A stretch of DNA of 64,000 nucleotides from an uncultured Acidimicrobiales bacterium (GTDB lineage Bacteria > Actinomycetota > Acidimicrobiia > Acidimicrobiales > DATKAS01). Of the stretch, positions 28,535-37,802 are shown piece by piece. The stretch covers positions 320,115 to 384,114 of the forward strand of contig CAVVET010000029.1 of assembly GCA_963747215.1 (NCBI GenBank), read 5' to 3'. The notes under the pieces were generated by a model. That model saw nothing but the letters and a program-made list of their open reading frames with translations, was not told the DNA's origin and did no database searches. The first letter of the stretch is position 1. Every line of letters starts with the position of its first letter. Position numbers and translations under genes: made by a program.

Positions 28535-31500
28535 CACCAGCGGGAACCCAGCGTTCGTGTCTCTGACCTGCAGATTTGGTGCTCACTGGTTGTCGACCGT
28601 CCTCAACGTTTCTCATCGTTCTGAGGCCCGACTGAGGCCCACGGCCTTTGGTCGACGATGGATGCCCGCTCCCAAGAGCACCCTGTGATCGGCGCGCGTG
28701 CGGGCATACGGTTGCGGCGTGCGTTCGGGAGTACGTCGTCGGTGACGACCGAGAACGTGACGGTGTTGTTCACCGACATGGTGGAGTCGACCGCCCTCGC
28801 GTCGACGCTGGCGCCCAATGTCGCGGACGAGCTGCGTCGGGCGCATTTTGCGATCTTGCGTCAGGCGGTCGCGGAGGCGGGCGGCACCGAGGTGAAGCAT
28901 CTGGGTGACGGACTCATGGTCGTGTTCGGCGCCCCGTCGGCGGCGTTGTCGTGCGCGGTGGCGATGCAACAGGGCATCGACCGCGACAACCGGGGACGTG
29001 AGCGTCCGGTGGGGTTGCGGGTCGGGCTGAGCGGCGGCGAGGTCAGTCGAGAGGACGACGACTACTTCGGCGACCCGGTCGTCGAGGCGGCCCGGCTGTG
29101 CGCCTGCTGTGAGAGCGGGCAGGTCCTGGCCGCGGACATCGTGCGGTTGACGGCTGGGCGTCGCAGCCGACACGAGTGCCGTTCGCTCGGGGAGCTCACC
29201 TTGAAGGGCCTGCCCGGATCCGGTCGAGACCGTCGAGGTGCTGTGGCAACCTCCCGACCGGGCCGAAGCCGGGCCTGTTGTCCCGCTGCCTGGGCGTCTG
29301 GCGGTGCGTCCCGCAACGGGGGTGGTGGGCCGGGAGGCCGAGACGGCGGCGATGGTGGATGCGTACAAGCGCGTCGCTGAGGGCGAAGTCCGGGAGGTGT
29401 TCCTGGTCTCGGGTGAGGCCGGTCTCGGCAAGACCACGCTGGTCGCGGCGACGGCCCGGGCCGCGTTCGACGGCGGGGCGTGTGTGTTGTTCGGGCATTG
29501 CGAAGAGGACCTCGCGACGCCCTATCAGCTGTTCGCGGAGGCGCTCGGCCACTTCGTCATCCACGCCAGCGAGGAGCAGCTCGTCGCGCACGTCGACGCG
29601 CATGGTTCGGCGCTGGCCCGGCTGGTCCCGGCGCTTTCCCGCAGGCTGCCGGGCCTTCCGCCGTCGACGGCGACCGACGCTGACAGCGAGCGTTACCAGC
29701 TGTTCGCCGCGGTGGTGGGGCTGCTGGTCATGGCGTCGGAGCATCAGCCGGTCGTGGTCGTGCTGGAAGACCTGCAGTGGGCCGACAAGGCGAGCCTGCA
29801 GTTGCTCGGCCACGTGATCACGGCCGACCAGCCGATGCGGCTGCTGGTGCTCGGCACCTACCGCGACAGTGAGCTGTCACGCTCCCACCCGCTGCTCGAC
29901 ACACTCGCGGCCCTGCATCGACAGCACAGTGTCGTGCACATCGAGCTGACCGGACTCGACGACACCGCCGTCATGTCGCTCATGGAAGCCGCCGCCGGGC
30001 ACACCCTCGAAGACGCCGCCATACGTCTCGCCCATGCGGTGCAGCGCGAGACCGACGGCAACCCGTTCTTCGTGACCGAGGTGCTCCGTCACCTCGCCGA
30101 GACCGGGGCGATCTACCAAGATCCCACCGGCCGATGGGTGGCAGCCGACACCGTCGAGCAGATCGCCTTGCCCGCCAGCATCCGTGCGGTGATCGGCGCA
30201 CGCGTCGGGCGGCTGGGACCAGACGCCGAGCGGGTGTTGTCGCTCGCCGCGGTGATCGGCCGCGACTTCGACCTCGACGTGCTCGCCCGCGCCAGCCAAA
30301 CATCGGAAGACCAGCTGCTCGACATCCTCGACGCCGCCACCGCTGCGGCCCTGGTACGCGAACTCACCGACACACCCGGGCACTACAACTTCGCCCACGC
30401 CCTCATCCAACACACCCTCTATGAGGATCTCGGACTCACCCGGCAGGCCCGGGCGCACCGTCGAGTAGCCGAAGCCCTCGAAGACCTGTACGGCGACCGC
30501 CCCGGCGAACGGGTCGGCGAACTGGCCCGCCACTGGATCAACGCCACCCAACCCATCGACCTGGCCAAAGCCATCGACTACTCCCGCCAGGCCGCCGACG
30601 CCGCGCTCGGCGCCCTCGCCCCCGCCGACGCCCTCCGCTACTACACCCAGGCCCTCGACCTCTACGCCCAGACCGACCACCCCGATCCGACCCTGGGCAT
30701 CGACCTGGCCGTCGGGCTCGGCACCGCCCAACGCCAAACCGGAGACCCCGCCTTCCGCGACACGCTCCTCGACGCCGCCCGACGGGCCGCCGACCTCGGT
30801 GACACCGACCGTCTCGTCGCCGCCGCCCTGGCGAACTACCGGGGCCTCTTCTCGAACCGCTGGCAACATCGACGCCGACAAGGTCGAGATCCTGGAGATG
30901 GCCCTCGATCGGCTCTGCCCCAGACGACCCGCGACCGGGCGCTCGTGCTCGCGCACCCTGTGCGCGGAACTCACCTACGGGAGTCCCCTCGAGCGTCGCC
31001 AGGCGCTCGCCGACGAGGCCATCGCCATCGCCAGGTCCTCCGGCGACGACGCCACCATCGTGCGAGTCCTCACACACCGTCTGGAACCCGCTCGCCGTTC
31101 CGGCACTGCTCCAGCAGTCGTGGATTGGACGACCGAGGCTCTGGTTCGGGCCGAGCGGCTCGGCGACCCCGTCCTGCTGTTCTGGGCCGCGTGGAGTCGC
31201 GCCGGCACTGCCGCCCGCGCCCTGGACATCGACGAGATGGACCGCTGCTTGGAAATCATGGGGTCGCGCGCCGCGCAGCTCGACCAGCCCATGTTGAACT
31301 GGGTACACAGCTACGCGCGTGCCGTGCGAGCGCAGATCGCCGGGGACACCGACCAGGCCGAACAGTGGGCCACCGAAGGCACTCCAGATCGGCACCGACA
31401 GCGGCCAACCCGACGCCACCCTCTTCTACGGCCTCCAGCTCGGGGCCGTGAGCCTCCAACGCGGAACGTATGGCGAGCTGGCCCCACTCCTCGAGCAGAT

Positions 31501-32082
31501 GGCCGTCGACGCTCCCGACCTCGCCGGAGTGTTCGTCGCGGCGCTTGCGCTGGCCCATGTCGAAGCAGGCCGGATCGACGACGCTCGTCGCCTGCTGGAG
31601 CAGGCCGCTGCCGCCGACTTCGATGTTCCGCTCGACGGGACTGGCTCAGCACTCTGGCCTACGTACGCCGAGGTCGCCATCGCGTGCCGAGACCCGAAGT
31701 GTTCCCGGACGCTGTTCGACCGCCTCGCGCCCTGGGCCGATCAGGCGCCGTATCCGGGCCTAACAATTGATAGTCCCGTCAGCCACTACCTGGGCGGCCT
31801 CGCCACCGTCCTCGGCCGCTACGACGAAGCCGACACCTACTTCGCCCACGCCGCCGCGTTGAACGACCGAGCAAACGCCAAGTTCTTCGCCGCCCGCACC
31901 AACCTCTCCTGGGCGAAGATGCTCGCCGAACGCCACGCCCCCGGCGACAACGAACGGGCACGAGACCTTCTCACCAAAGCACACACCGCCGCAGCGGCTC
32001 ACGGATACGCCAGACATCGAACGACGCGCCGCCGAAGCACTCCAACACCTGGCTTGATTGCTCGCCGATTGCTGAGAGGCGT
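28535..32082 (+). mobile_element. 3.55-kb insert in the 3' end of rnpB bounded by 29-bp direct repeats (integrated-element remnant, no recombinase inside)
   Basis: Bounded by the two exact repeats. It contains only the cyclase-ATPase-TPR gene plus 123 nt of leader and 25 nt of trailer. Confidence 0.6.
28658..32057 (+). pseudogene. class III adenylate/guanylate cyclase - AAA/STAND ATPase - TPR protein (Rv0386-type but without a C-terminal HTH), multiply frame-shifted
   Basis: Cyclase domain VTVLFTDMVESTALAS...GTEVKHLGDGLMVVFG...LRVGLSGGEV...DYFGDPVVEAARL. ATPase VFLVSGEAGLGKTTLV, VVVVLEDLQWADKASL. Long TPR-like tail ending ...AAAHGYADIERRAAEALQHLA* at TGA 32055-32057. Frame changes at ~29215, ~30852, ~31378 and ~32012, plus probably 2-4 more between 30920 and 31130. 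Confidence 0.7.
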
Positions 32083-32111
32083 ATCCCGCCTACAGGCCGA
32101 CTCACCGTCAC
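32083..32111 (+). repeat. direct repeat copy 2 (att-like partial rnpB 3' end)
   Basis: An exact copy of 28506-28534. The flanks on both sides are unrelated to the rnpB flanks. Confidence 0.95.
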
Positions 32112-32112
32112 T

Positions 32113-32640
32113 CCGGCCTGACATCTCTACGAGTCTTCGACGTGGACCCGCGGCGCCGGCTGCGCACGGACACGTGCGTCCCGACGTCCACGGTTCGAGG
32201 CTGATCGCGTCCGGCAGCGGTCAGGCACCCGGACGCAGGTCGCTTGAAGCCGGAATCCAACGTGCTGGCCGCGACCGGAACCGGCACGTCGCCCAAGCCG
32301 TCGTCAACCGCGGACAAGAGCATGAGCACGCGCACCGGGGTCCGAGGCCAGTACGGCGCAGGGAGGTAGGCGTTCCTGTCTCGGCACCTGAAGGCCGACG
32401 TAGGCTCGGAGGCGACCGGAATACGATGGCCTGACGCCTTGGGCGCGCGGATGCAGTCGGCGTGCTACGGCGGACCACAAGCGCCGATGTCACCAGATCG
32501 TCGAAATCGACGAATCGAAGCCGGCAGACCTCGGAGGAAGGTCCCCACTGGCGTTCCGCCGGTATTCGCTGAGCCTCGTAGGAGCGGCTGATCGCGTCGA
32601 GACCATCGCCGCGCTCATGACGGAACTCCATGCCAGCACT
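32113..32640 (-). pseudogene. decayed tyrosine recombinase (integrase) C-terminal remnant
   Basis: The minus-strand translation has no credible start and needs three frames. It gives WGPSSEVCRLRFVDFDD..ALVV (compare XerC GLRLSELVGLDIKHLDL..EVWV), then KASGHRIPVASE / LRAYVGL (compare KGSKERRLPIG....WIEHWL), then a weak RVLMLLSAV..GLGDV (compare HKLRHSFAT...SGDL). The catalytic residues are not preserved. The C-terminal end points at repeat copy 2. Confidence 0.4.
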
Positions 32641-32790
32641 CTTCCCTAGCTTGGAACTCCGGACTCGACATCCTCCGAGCGGCCACGGCCGCGGCACCGC
32701 ACGAGGTTGAGGCATCGGGAGGCTGCTCGCTCCCTTCACATCCGCGGGCGCGATGCGAGACTCGGCGCCGACGAACAACGAGGAGGTGAC

Positions 32791-33579
32791 ATGAGCGAGC
32801 TGCGCTATGAGGTCGAGGATCCGGTCGCGCTCATCACACTCGACCGGCCCGACAAGCTGAACGCACTGACCTACCCGATGCTCGCCGCGTTCCGCGAAGC
32901 CGTGAACGAGGCGGCGAACGATCCCGCGGTGGTGGGCATCGTCGTCACCGGCGCAGGACGCGGCTTCTGCTCGGGACTCGACTCGACGGTGCTGAGCGAG
33001 ACCACGACGGCGGGTTCGTCGTCACGGCCGAAGACCGAGGACGTGCCCGGTCTCTTCACGTGGCTGCTCGCGGTGCCGAAGCCAATCATCGCTGCCGTCA
33101 ACGGTGTGGCCGCGGGCGGTGGCTTCGTGCTCGCCGTGCTGGCCGACGTGCGCATCGCATCGACTGCGGCCTCGTTCACGACGATCTTCTCGAAGCGCGG
33201 GCTGATCGCCGAGCACGGCACTACGTGGATCCTCCCCCGCCTCATCGGCACGGGCGGCGCGCTCGACCTGCTTTGGACGTCGCGCAAGTTCGACGCAGCC
33301 GAGGCACACCGCGTCGGGCTCGTGCAGCAGGTCGTCGAGCCCGAGGACCTGATTCCCGCTGCCCGCCGGTACGTGACCGAGCTGGCCGAGAACGTGTCGC
33401 CGGCATCGCTCGCCGACACCAAACGTCTCGTCTACCGCCACCTCGGCGTGGGCTACGAGGACACGCTGCGCGAGACCGACGAGGTGCAGTACGCCGCTCT
33501 CGACCGCGTCGACGCCAAGGAGGGGGCAGCCGCGCTCCTGGAGAAGCGTCCGCCGTCGTTCCCCCGCCTAGGCGGGTGA
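32791..33579 (+). CDS. enoyl-CoA hydratase/isomerase (crotonase) family protein
   Basis: GAGGAGG RBS before ATG 32791. ITLDRPDKLNALT, VVTGAGRGFCSGLD, IIAAVNGVAAGGG. Confidence 0.85.
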   Translation: MSELRYEVEDPVALITLDRPDKLNALTYPMLAAFREAVNEAANDPAVVGIVVTGAGRGFCSGLDSTVLSETTTAGSSSRPKTEDVPGLFTWLLAVPKPIIAAVNGVAAGGGFVLAVLADVRIASTAASFTTIFSKRGLIAEHGTTWILPRLIGTGGALDLLWTSRKFDAAEAHRVGLVQQVVEPEDLIPAARRYVTELAENVSPASLADTKRLVYRHLGVGYEDTLRETDEVQYAALDRVDAKEGAAALLEKRPPSFPRLGG

Positions 33580-33586
33580 GCCACCG

Positions 33587-34294
33587 ATGAGCTGGATCCG
33601 CTTGCGACAGGTCGCGCTCGTCGCCCACGACCTCGAGGCAGTCCTGCGCGACCTCCACGACGCCCTCGATCTCGAGGTCGCGTACCGCGACCCGGCCGTC
33701 GATGCCTTCGGTCTGCAGAACGCGGTGCTGCCCGTCGGCACTCAGTTCATCGAGGTGGTTTCACCGACGAGGGACGGCACCGCCGGCGGTCGCCAGCTGG
33801 AGCGACTCGGCGGAGACGGCGGCTACATGGTGATCTGCCACACGGACGACCATCCGATGGCCAGGCGGCGCATCCAGGACCTCGGCGTCCGCACGGTCAT
33901 CGACACCGAAGACCACGGCTACCGCATCATGCAGCTGCACCCGAGCGACACCGGCGGCTCGTTCCTCGAGATCGACTTCCAACCAGGAGGCGAAGACGCG
34001 GAGGGCCCATGGATGCCCGCCGGCCCGAACTGGCAACGCGCCTGCCGCACCGACGTCGTGAACGGCATCACCGCGGTTGCCGTGCAGTGCAAGGACCCGG
34101 ACAAGACCGCGGCGCGCTGGGGCGAGATCACCGCGCTCGACGTCGCGGACCGCGTGCTCCAGCTCGACAACGCGACGGTCACGTTCGTCGACGGACCACT
34201 CGACTCGCTCGTCGGAGTCACCTTGTCGGCGACCGACGCGACCCGCACCGGCGAACGACACACGATCGCCGGGGTGACGTTCACGCTCGGCTGA
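33587..34294 (+). CDS. VOC/glyoxalase-like two-domain protein
   Basis: 235 aa. LRQVALVAHDLEAV...GTQFIEVVSP...GGYMVICHTDD is a beta-alpha-beta-beta-beta VOC-type pattern. No catalytic assignment is possible. Confidence 0.5.
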   Translation: MSWIRLRQVALVAHDLEAVLRDLHDALDLEVAYRDPAVDAFGLQNAVLPVGTQFIEVVSPTRDGTAGGRQLERLGGDGGYMVICHTDDHPMARRRIQDLGVRTVIDTEDHGYRIMQLHPSDTGGSFLEIDFQPGGEDAEGPWMPAGPNWQRACRTDVVNGITAVAVQCKDPDKTAARWGEITALDVADRVLQLDNATVTFVDGPLDSLVGVTLSATDATRTGERHTIAGVTFTLG

Positions 34295-34373
34295 GGCCCC
34301 GCCCTCACGAGACTTTGAGGGTACGCACAGTGGTCCCCCAAATGCGGAGAGTGCTCACCTACCGTTCGTTCGC

Positions 34374-34658
34374 GTGCCGAGCAAATTCGTCACCCGGAGC
34401 GAACGTTGTCCCGACTGCCATCGCGAGACCGTTGTGGTCACGGTCGAGCAGCTGCTGACTGAGCGCGGCGAGGTCATTGCATCGATCGTGGTCGCAAAGG
34501 ACCCATGCACGACGGACGGCTGCGTCGGGTCGAGGCCAAAGCCGCGCTCGATCGCGAACTCACTGCGCTCGCGCGGGAAACAGTGGGCAGGACGAAGTCG
34601 CTGCTCGTGGCGCTCGGGAGGAGACGACCATGTCGGAACGATCGGGAGGCCCCGCTGA
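34374..34658 (+). CDS. possible small Cys-rich protein, frame uncertain
   Basis: FVTRSERCPDCHRETVVVTVEQLLTERGEVIASIVVAKDPCTTDGC looks coding. From ~34505 a different frame (RVEAKAALDRELTALARETVGRTKSLLVALG) looks better. No clean stop was reconstructed. Confidence 0.2.
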   Translation: MPSKFVTRSERCPDCHRETVVVTVEQLLTERGEVIASIVVAKDPCTTDGCVGSRPKPRSIANSLRSRGKQWAGRSRCSWRSGGDDHVGTIGRPR

Positions 34659-35304
34659 CGATCCGTTCGGTGGTCGGCAGCCAACGAGCCACGAACAGAG
34701 GACGGGACAGCCCTGGGACGCCTCGTACCACGACGGCCCGGCGCCCTGGGATGTCGGCCACCCCCAACCGGCCGTGGTGCGTCTGGCATCCCGAGGCGCG
34801 TTCGTCGGGGCGGTGCTCGATGCGGGCTGCGGGACCGGCGAGAACTCGCTCTACCTCGCCTCGCTGGGATTGCCCGTTCTGGGCATCGACGTTGCCGAGA
34901 CGGCACTCGCGATCGCCCGAGCAAAGTCCGACGAGCGTGGGCTCGAGGTCGAGTTCGCGGCGGCGGACGCGTTGCAGCTCGAACGCTTGGGGCGCACGTT
35001 CGACACCGCGCTGGACTGCGGCCTCTTCCATTCCTTCGACGGCGACGAGCGATCCGCGTACGTCGCGAGTCTGGCGACGGTGACCGAGCCCGACGCGACT
35101 GTGCATGTGTTGTGCTTCAGCGACGTCGGTCGCGACGTTGGCCCGCATCCCGTCAGTGAGGAAGAGCTGAGAGCGGCGTTCGACCCGAGCACTGGATGGA
35201 ACGTCGTCGCGATCGAACCGGACCGCGTGCAGACGAGATTCCACGATGACGACGGCGCACCCGCTTGGCTCGCAACGGTCAAACGGATCGAGGCGACGCC
35301 GTAG
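34630..35304 (+). CDS. class I SAM-dependent methyltransferase
   Basis: GGGAGGAG RBS before ATG 34630. APWDVGHPQP..., motif I VLDAGCGTGENSLYLA, post-I VLGIDVAE, ALDCGLFHSF. Confidence 0.8.
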   Translation: MSERSGGPADDPFGGRQPTSHEQRTGQPWDASYHDGPAPWDVGHPQPAVVRLASRGAFVGAVLDAGCGTGENSLYLASLGLPVLGIDVAETALAIARAKSDERGLEVEFAAADALQLERLGRTFDTALDCGLFHSFDGDERSAYVASLATVTEPDATVHVLCFSDVGRDVGPHPVSEEELRAAFDPSTGWNVVAIEPDRVQTRFHDDDGAPAWLATVKRIEATP

Positions 35305-35338
35305 GCTCGTTGGCTCACGCGGAGCAGCTGGAGGGCAA

Positions 35339-35551
35339 GTGGCCGGGTTGCAGTTCTTCAAGGATTGGGCCGAGACGATCGACAAGGAGTGGATACGCCT
35401 CGACAAGCTCGCAACCATCAAGGTCACCGACTGGCCTGACGGCGGCTATGCCGTGACGGGATACATGGCGTCCGACGGCTCACCGGTGATCCTCGGGATC
35501 TTCGCCGGCGAAGAGCAGGCCGAGAAAGCGGTGCGCTACGTGCTCGGTTAG
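35339..35551 (+). CDS. small hypothetical protein (70 aa)
   Basis: GTG 35339 after GGAGGG. VAGLQFFKDWAETIDKEWIRLDKLATIKVTDWPDGGYAVTGYMASDGSPVILGIF... I recognise no family. Confidence 0.4.
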   Translation: MAGLQFFKDWAETIDKEWIRLDKLATIKVTDWPDGGYAVTGYMASDGSPVILGIFAGEEQAEKAVRYVLG

Positions 35552-35985
35552 CTCAGCACCGTCTGGGTCTGCGTCGTCAGACTGATCAAGCGGCCTGCGT
35601 CGTCTCGTACCTCGGTCTGCAACACGATCGTGGAGCGACCGACATGCACCGGTGTCGACGTCGCGGTGACCTTGCCCTCCTTCACCGCACGGATCATGTT
35701 GGTCTTCGACTCAAGGGTCGACGTACGCGCGCCAGCAGGCAGGTTGAGGAACGCGCACACCGCACCGGTCGTGTCGGCCAAGGACATCAGCGCTCCGCCG
35801 TGGAGGATGTCGGCCGTCGTGCACAGATCCGGCCGGTGCTCGAGCGTTGCCGTCACCGCCTCGGCCGACGCACTCGTGATGTCGATGCCGAGCAGTGTTG
35901 CAAAGGGCATCAACTTGACGATGTCGGAAGTCTCCATCTCCGCGAACGTAGGCGACGCGCCGGCGCCCCCTCCGACCTGCACCAA
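35548..35985 (-). CDS. PaaI/hotdog-fold thioesterase
   Basis: PFATLLGIDI..., ILHGGALMSLADTTGA, VHVGRSTIVLQTEV: PaaI family pattern. Confidence 0.8.
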   Translation of the reverse strand: MVQVGGGAGASPTFAEMETSDIVKLMPFATLLGIDITSASAEAVTATLEHRPDLCTTADILHGGALMSLADTTGAVCAFLNLPAGARTSTLESKTNMIRAVKEGKVTATSTPVHVGRSTIVLQTEVRDDAGRLISLTTQTQTVLS

Positions 35986-36076
35986 CGCGACGGTTGTCGA
36001 CTGAACGGCCGATCAGTTCAATAATGCTCGAGGGGACTGCGATCCACGTCATCTTCAGCCAAGGCCTGAGGGGGCG

Positions 36077-36778
36077 ATCACGACGTTCACCGTCGACAGG
36101 AAGAGCAGAGCTCGAGCCCTCGTCGCCGACAGCGACCGCGAGGTCAGAGCGCAGCTCCGCGACGCCTTGGAGCGGGCCGGCTTCGAGGTCCGATTGGTCG
36201 GTGATGGCGTCTCTGCCCAGTCCTTGATCGGCCGCTTCGCACCCGACGTCGTGGTGCTCGACATGAACCTGGCGCTGATCGACGGACCGGAGCTGTGCGC
36301 TCGCTGGCGGGCACAGGGCATCCACACACCGGTGCTGTTCATCGCCCGCCGGGCCCGGTTGGAAGAGCGGCTCCGCGCTCTCGACATCGGCGGTGACTGC
36401 GTCCTGATGAAGCCACTCGTCATCGACGAGCTCGTCGCGCGGATGCGTCGCCTGCTCTGGCGCGTTGCCGTCGCGCAAACGGGCGGTGAGCAGTGCGGCA
36501 CGATCGTCCTGGATGAGCGCGCCCGCAGGGCCCTGCATCGCGGCCGTCCTCTGCAGTTGTCGGCGACCGAGTTCCGTCTGCTGCGCTTCCTTCTCGTGAA
36601 CCGCGGGCAGGTCCTGAGTCGCACCCAGATCCTCCAGTCCATCTGGGGTCCGAACCATCCATCGCGAAAGGCCGTCGACGTCTACGTCGGCTACCTGAGG
36701 CGCAAGCTGCCGGACTCGGTGTCGATTCGCACCGTGCGATCGCTCGGCTACGTGCTCGAGCCCACGACGTTCGCGTGA
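36077..36778 (+). CDS. OmpR/PhoB-type response regulator, orphan and atypical; start codon unresolved
   Basis: Receiver RALVADSDREV...PDVVVLDMNLALIDG...PVLFIARRA...GGDCVLMKPL, then wHTH LSATEFRLLRFLLVNRGQVLSRTQILQSIWG...VDVYVGYLRRKL...IRTVRSLGYVL. The frame is open from 36005, but the first ATG/GTG/TTG in frame is 36167, inside the receiver domain. Confidence 0.75.
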   Translation: MTTFTVDRKSRARALVADSDREVRAQLRDALERAGFEVRLVGDGVSAQSLIGRFAPDVVVLDMNLALIDGPELCARWRAQGIHTPVLFIARRARLEERLRALDIGGDCVLMKPLVIDELVARMRRLLWRVAVAQTGGEQCGTIVLDERARRALHRGRPLQLSATEFRLLRFLLVNRGQVLSRTQILQSIWGPNHPSRKAVDVYVGYLRRKLPDSVSIRTVRSLGYVLEPTTFA

Positions 36779-36850
36779 CGCCTGGCGCGATCGGACGCTT
36801 CCCAGCCGTCTCTCACGTCGCGAACCTCGCAGATCTAGCCTGCCGCGACC

Positions 36851-37802
36851 GTGAGCTCGTTCGTGATGGCGGCTGTGCAAGCGGCGCCCGTGTTCCTCGA
36901 TCCCGCGGCGTCGACGAAGAAGGCCTGTCAGCTCATCGAAGACGCGTCCGGCGCGTGGTGCGGACCTCGTCGCGTTCAGCGAGACGTGGCTGCCGGGCTA
37001 CCCCCGATGGGTCAACGCGCCGGTGGCGGTCGCGCTCAAGCGAGAGCTGGGTGGTCGATATCTCAGCGCCTCGGTCAGCGTTCCGGGGCCCGAGATCGAC
37101 GAGATCTGCTCGACCGCGCGGCGCTGCGGCGTCGACGTCGTGATGGGCGTCGCCGAGATCGACCCGATCTCGCGGGGCACGACGTACTGCACCCTCGTCT
37201 TCATCAGCGCGGAGGGCGAGCTGCTCGGCAAGCACCGCAAGCTCAAGCCGACCTACGGCGAGCGGTTCGCATGGGGCGAGGGCGACGGCAGCGGGCTGCT
37301 CGTCCACGACCGCCCGTACGCGTCGATCAGCGGCCTCAACTGCTGGGAGCACAACATGGTGCTGCCCGGCTACGCGCTCATGGCGCAGGGCACCCAGGTG
37401 CACGTCGCCGCGTTCCCGGGCTACGAGTCACCCGGCGGAGGCACCCGCCAGACACTGCTCGCACGCGCCTTCGCCTCGCAGGCCGCGGCCTACGTGATGC
37501 TGGTCGGCGGCGTGCTGCGCCCGGATGACATCGCCGACGCCGACGTGCGTGCCGTCGTCGCGTTGCTCCCTCCGCTCACCGGCGACAGCTGCATCGTCGA
37601 TCCGACTGGCGAGGTCATCGCGGGCCCTGCTGTGGCTGAGGAGACCCTGCTCGCGAAGGGCTCGCTCGATGTCGTCCGGACCGCGAAGGCGCTGTGCGAC
37701 GTCGGCGGCCACTACTCCCGTCCCGACGTCTTGCGGCTCGTCATCGATCGTCGACCCGCCCGGCGTCTCGTCGAGCAGATCGAAGAGGGCGATAGCGACT
37801 AG
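36851..37802 (+). CDS. nitrilase/cyanide-hydratase family carbon-nitrogen hydrolase; one frame change
   Basis: MAAVQAAPVFLD... in ORF 36851..37528. After ~36956 it continues GADLVAFSETWLPGYP (Glu), HRKLKPT (Lys), LNCWEH (Cys) in ORF 37023..37802. Confidence 0.85.

Noticed and set aside
28621-28642. Near-tandem CTGAGGCCC-GA-CTGAGGCCC just inside the left end of the rnpB insert, considered as recombinase arm-type binding sites.
   Set aside because: There are only two 9-bp copies and no counterpart near the right end. That is insufficient to support a functional call.
31761-31790. A locally AT-rich patch (CTAACAATTGATAGTCCC) inside the cyclase gene, resembling an operator, IS end or insertion scar.
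   Set aside because: It reads in frame as GLTIDSPVSHY within a continuous TPR-like region. I saw no inverted repeat partner or target duplication.
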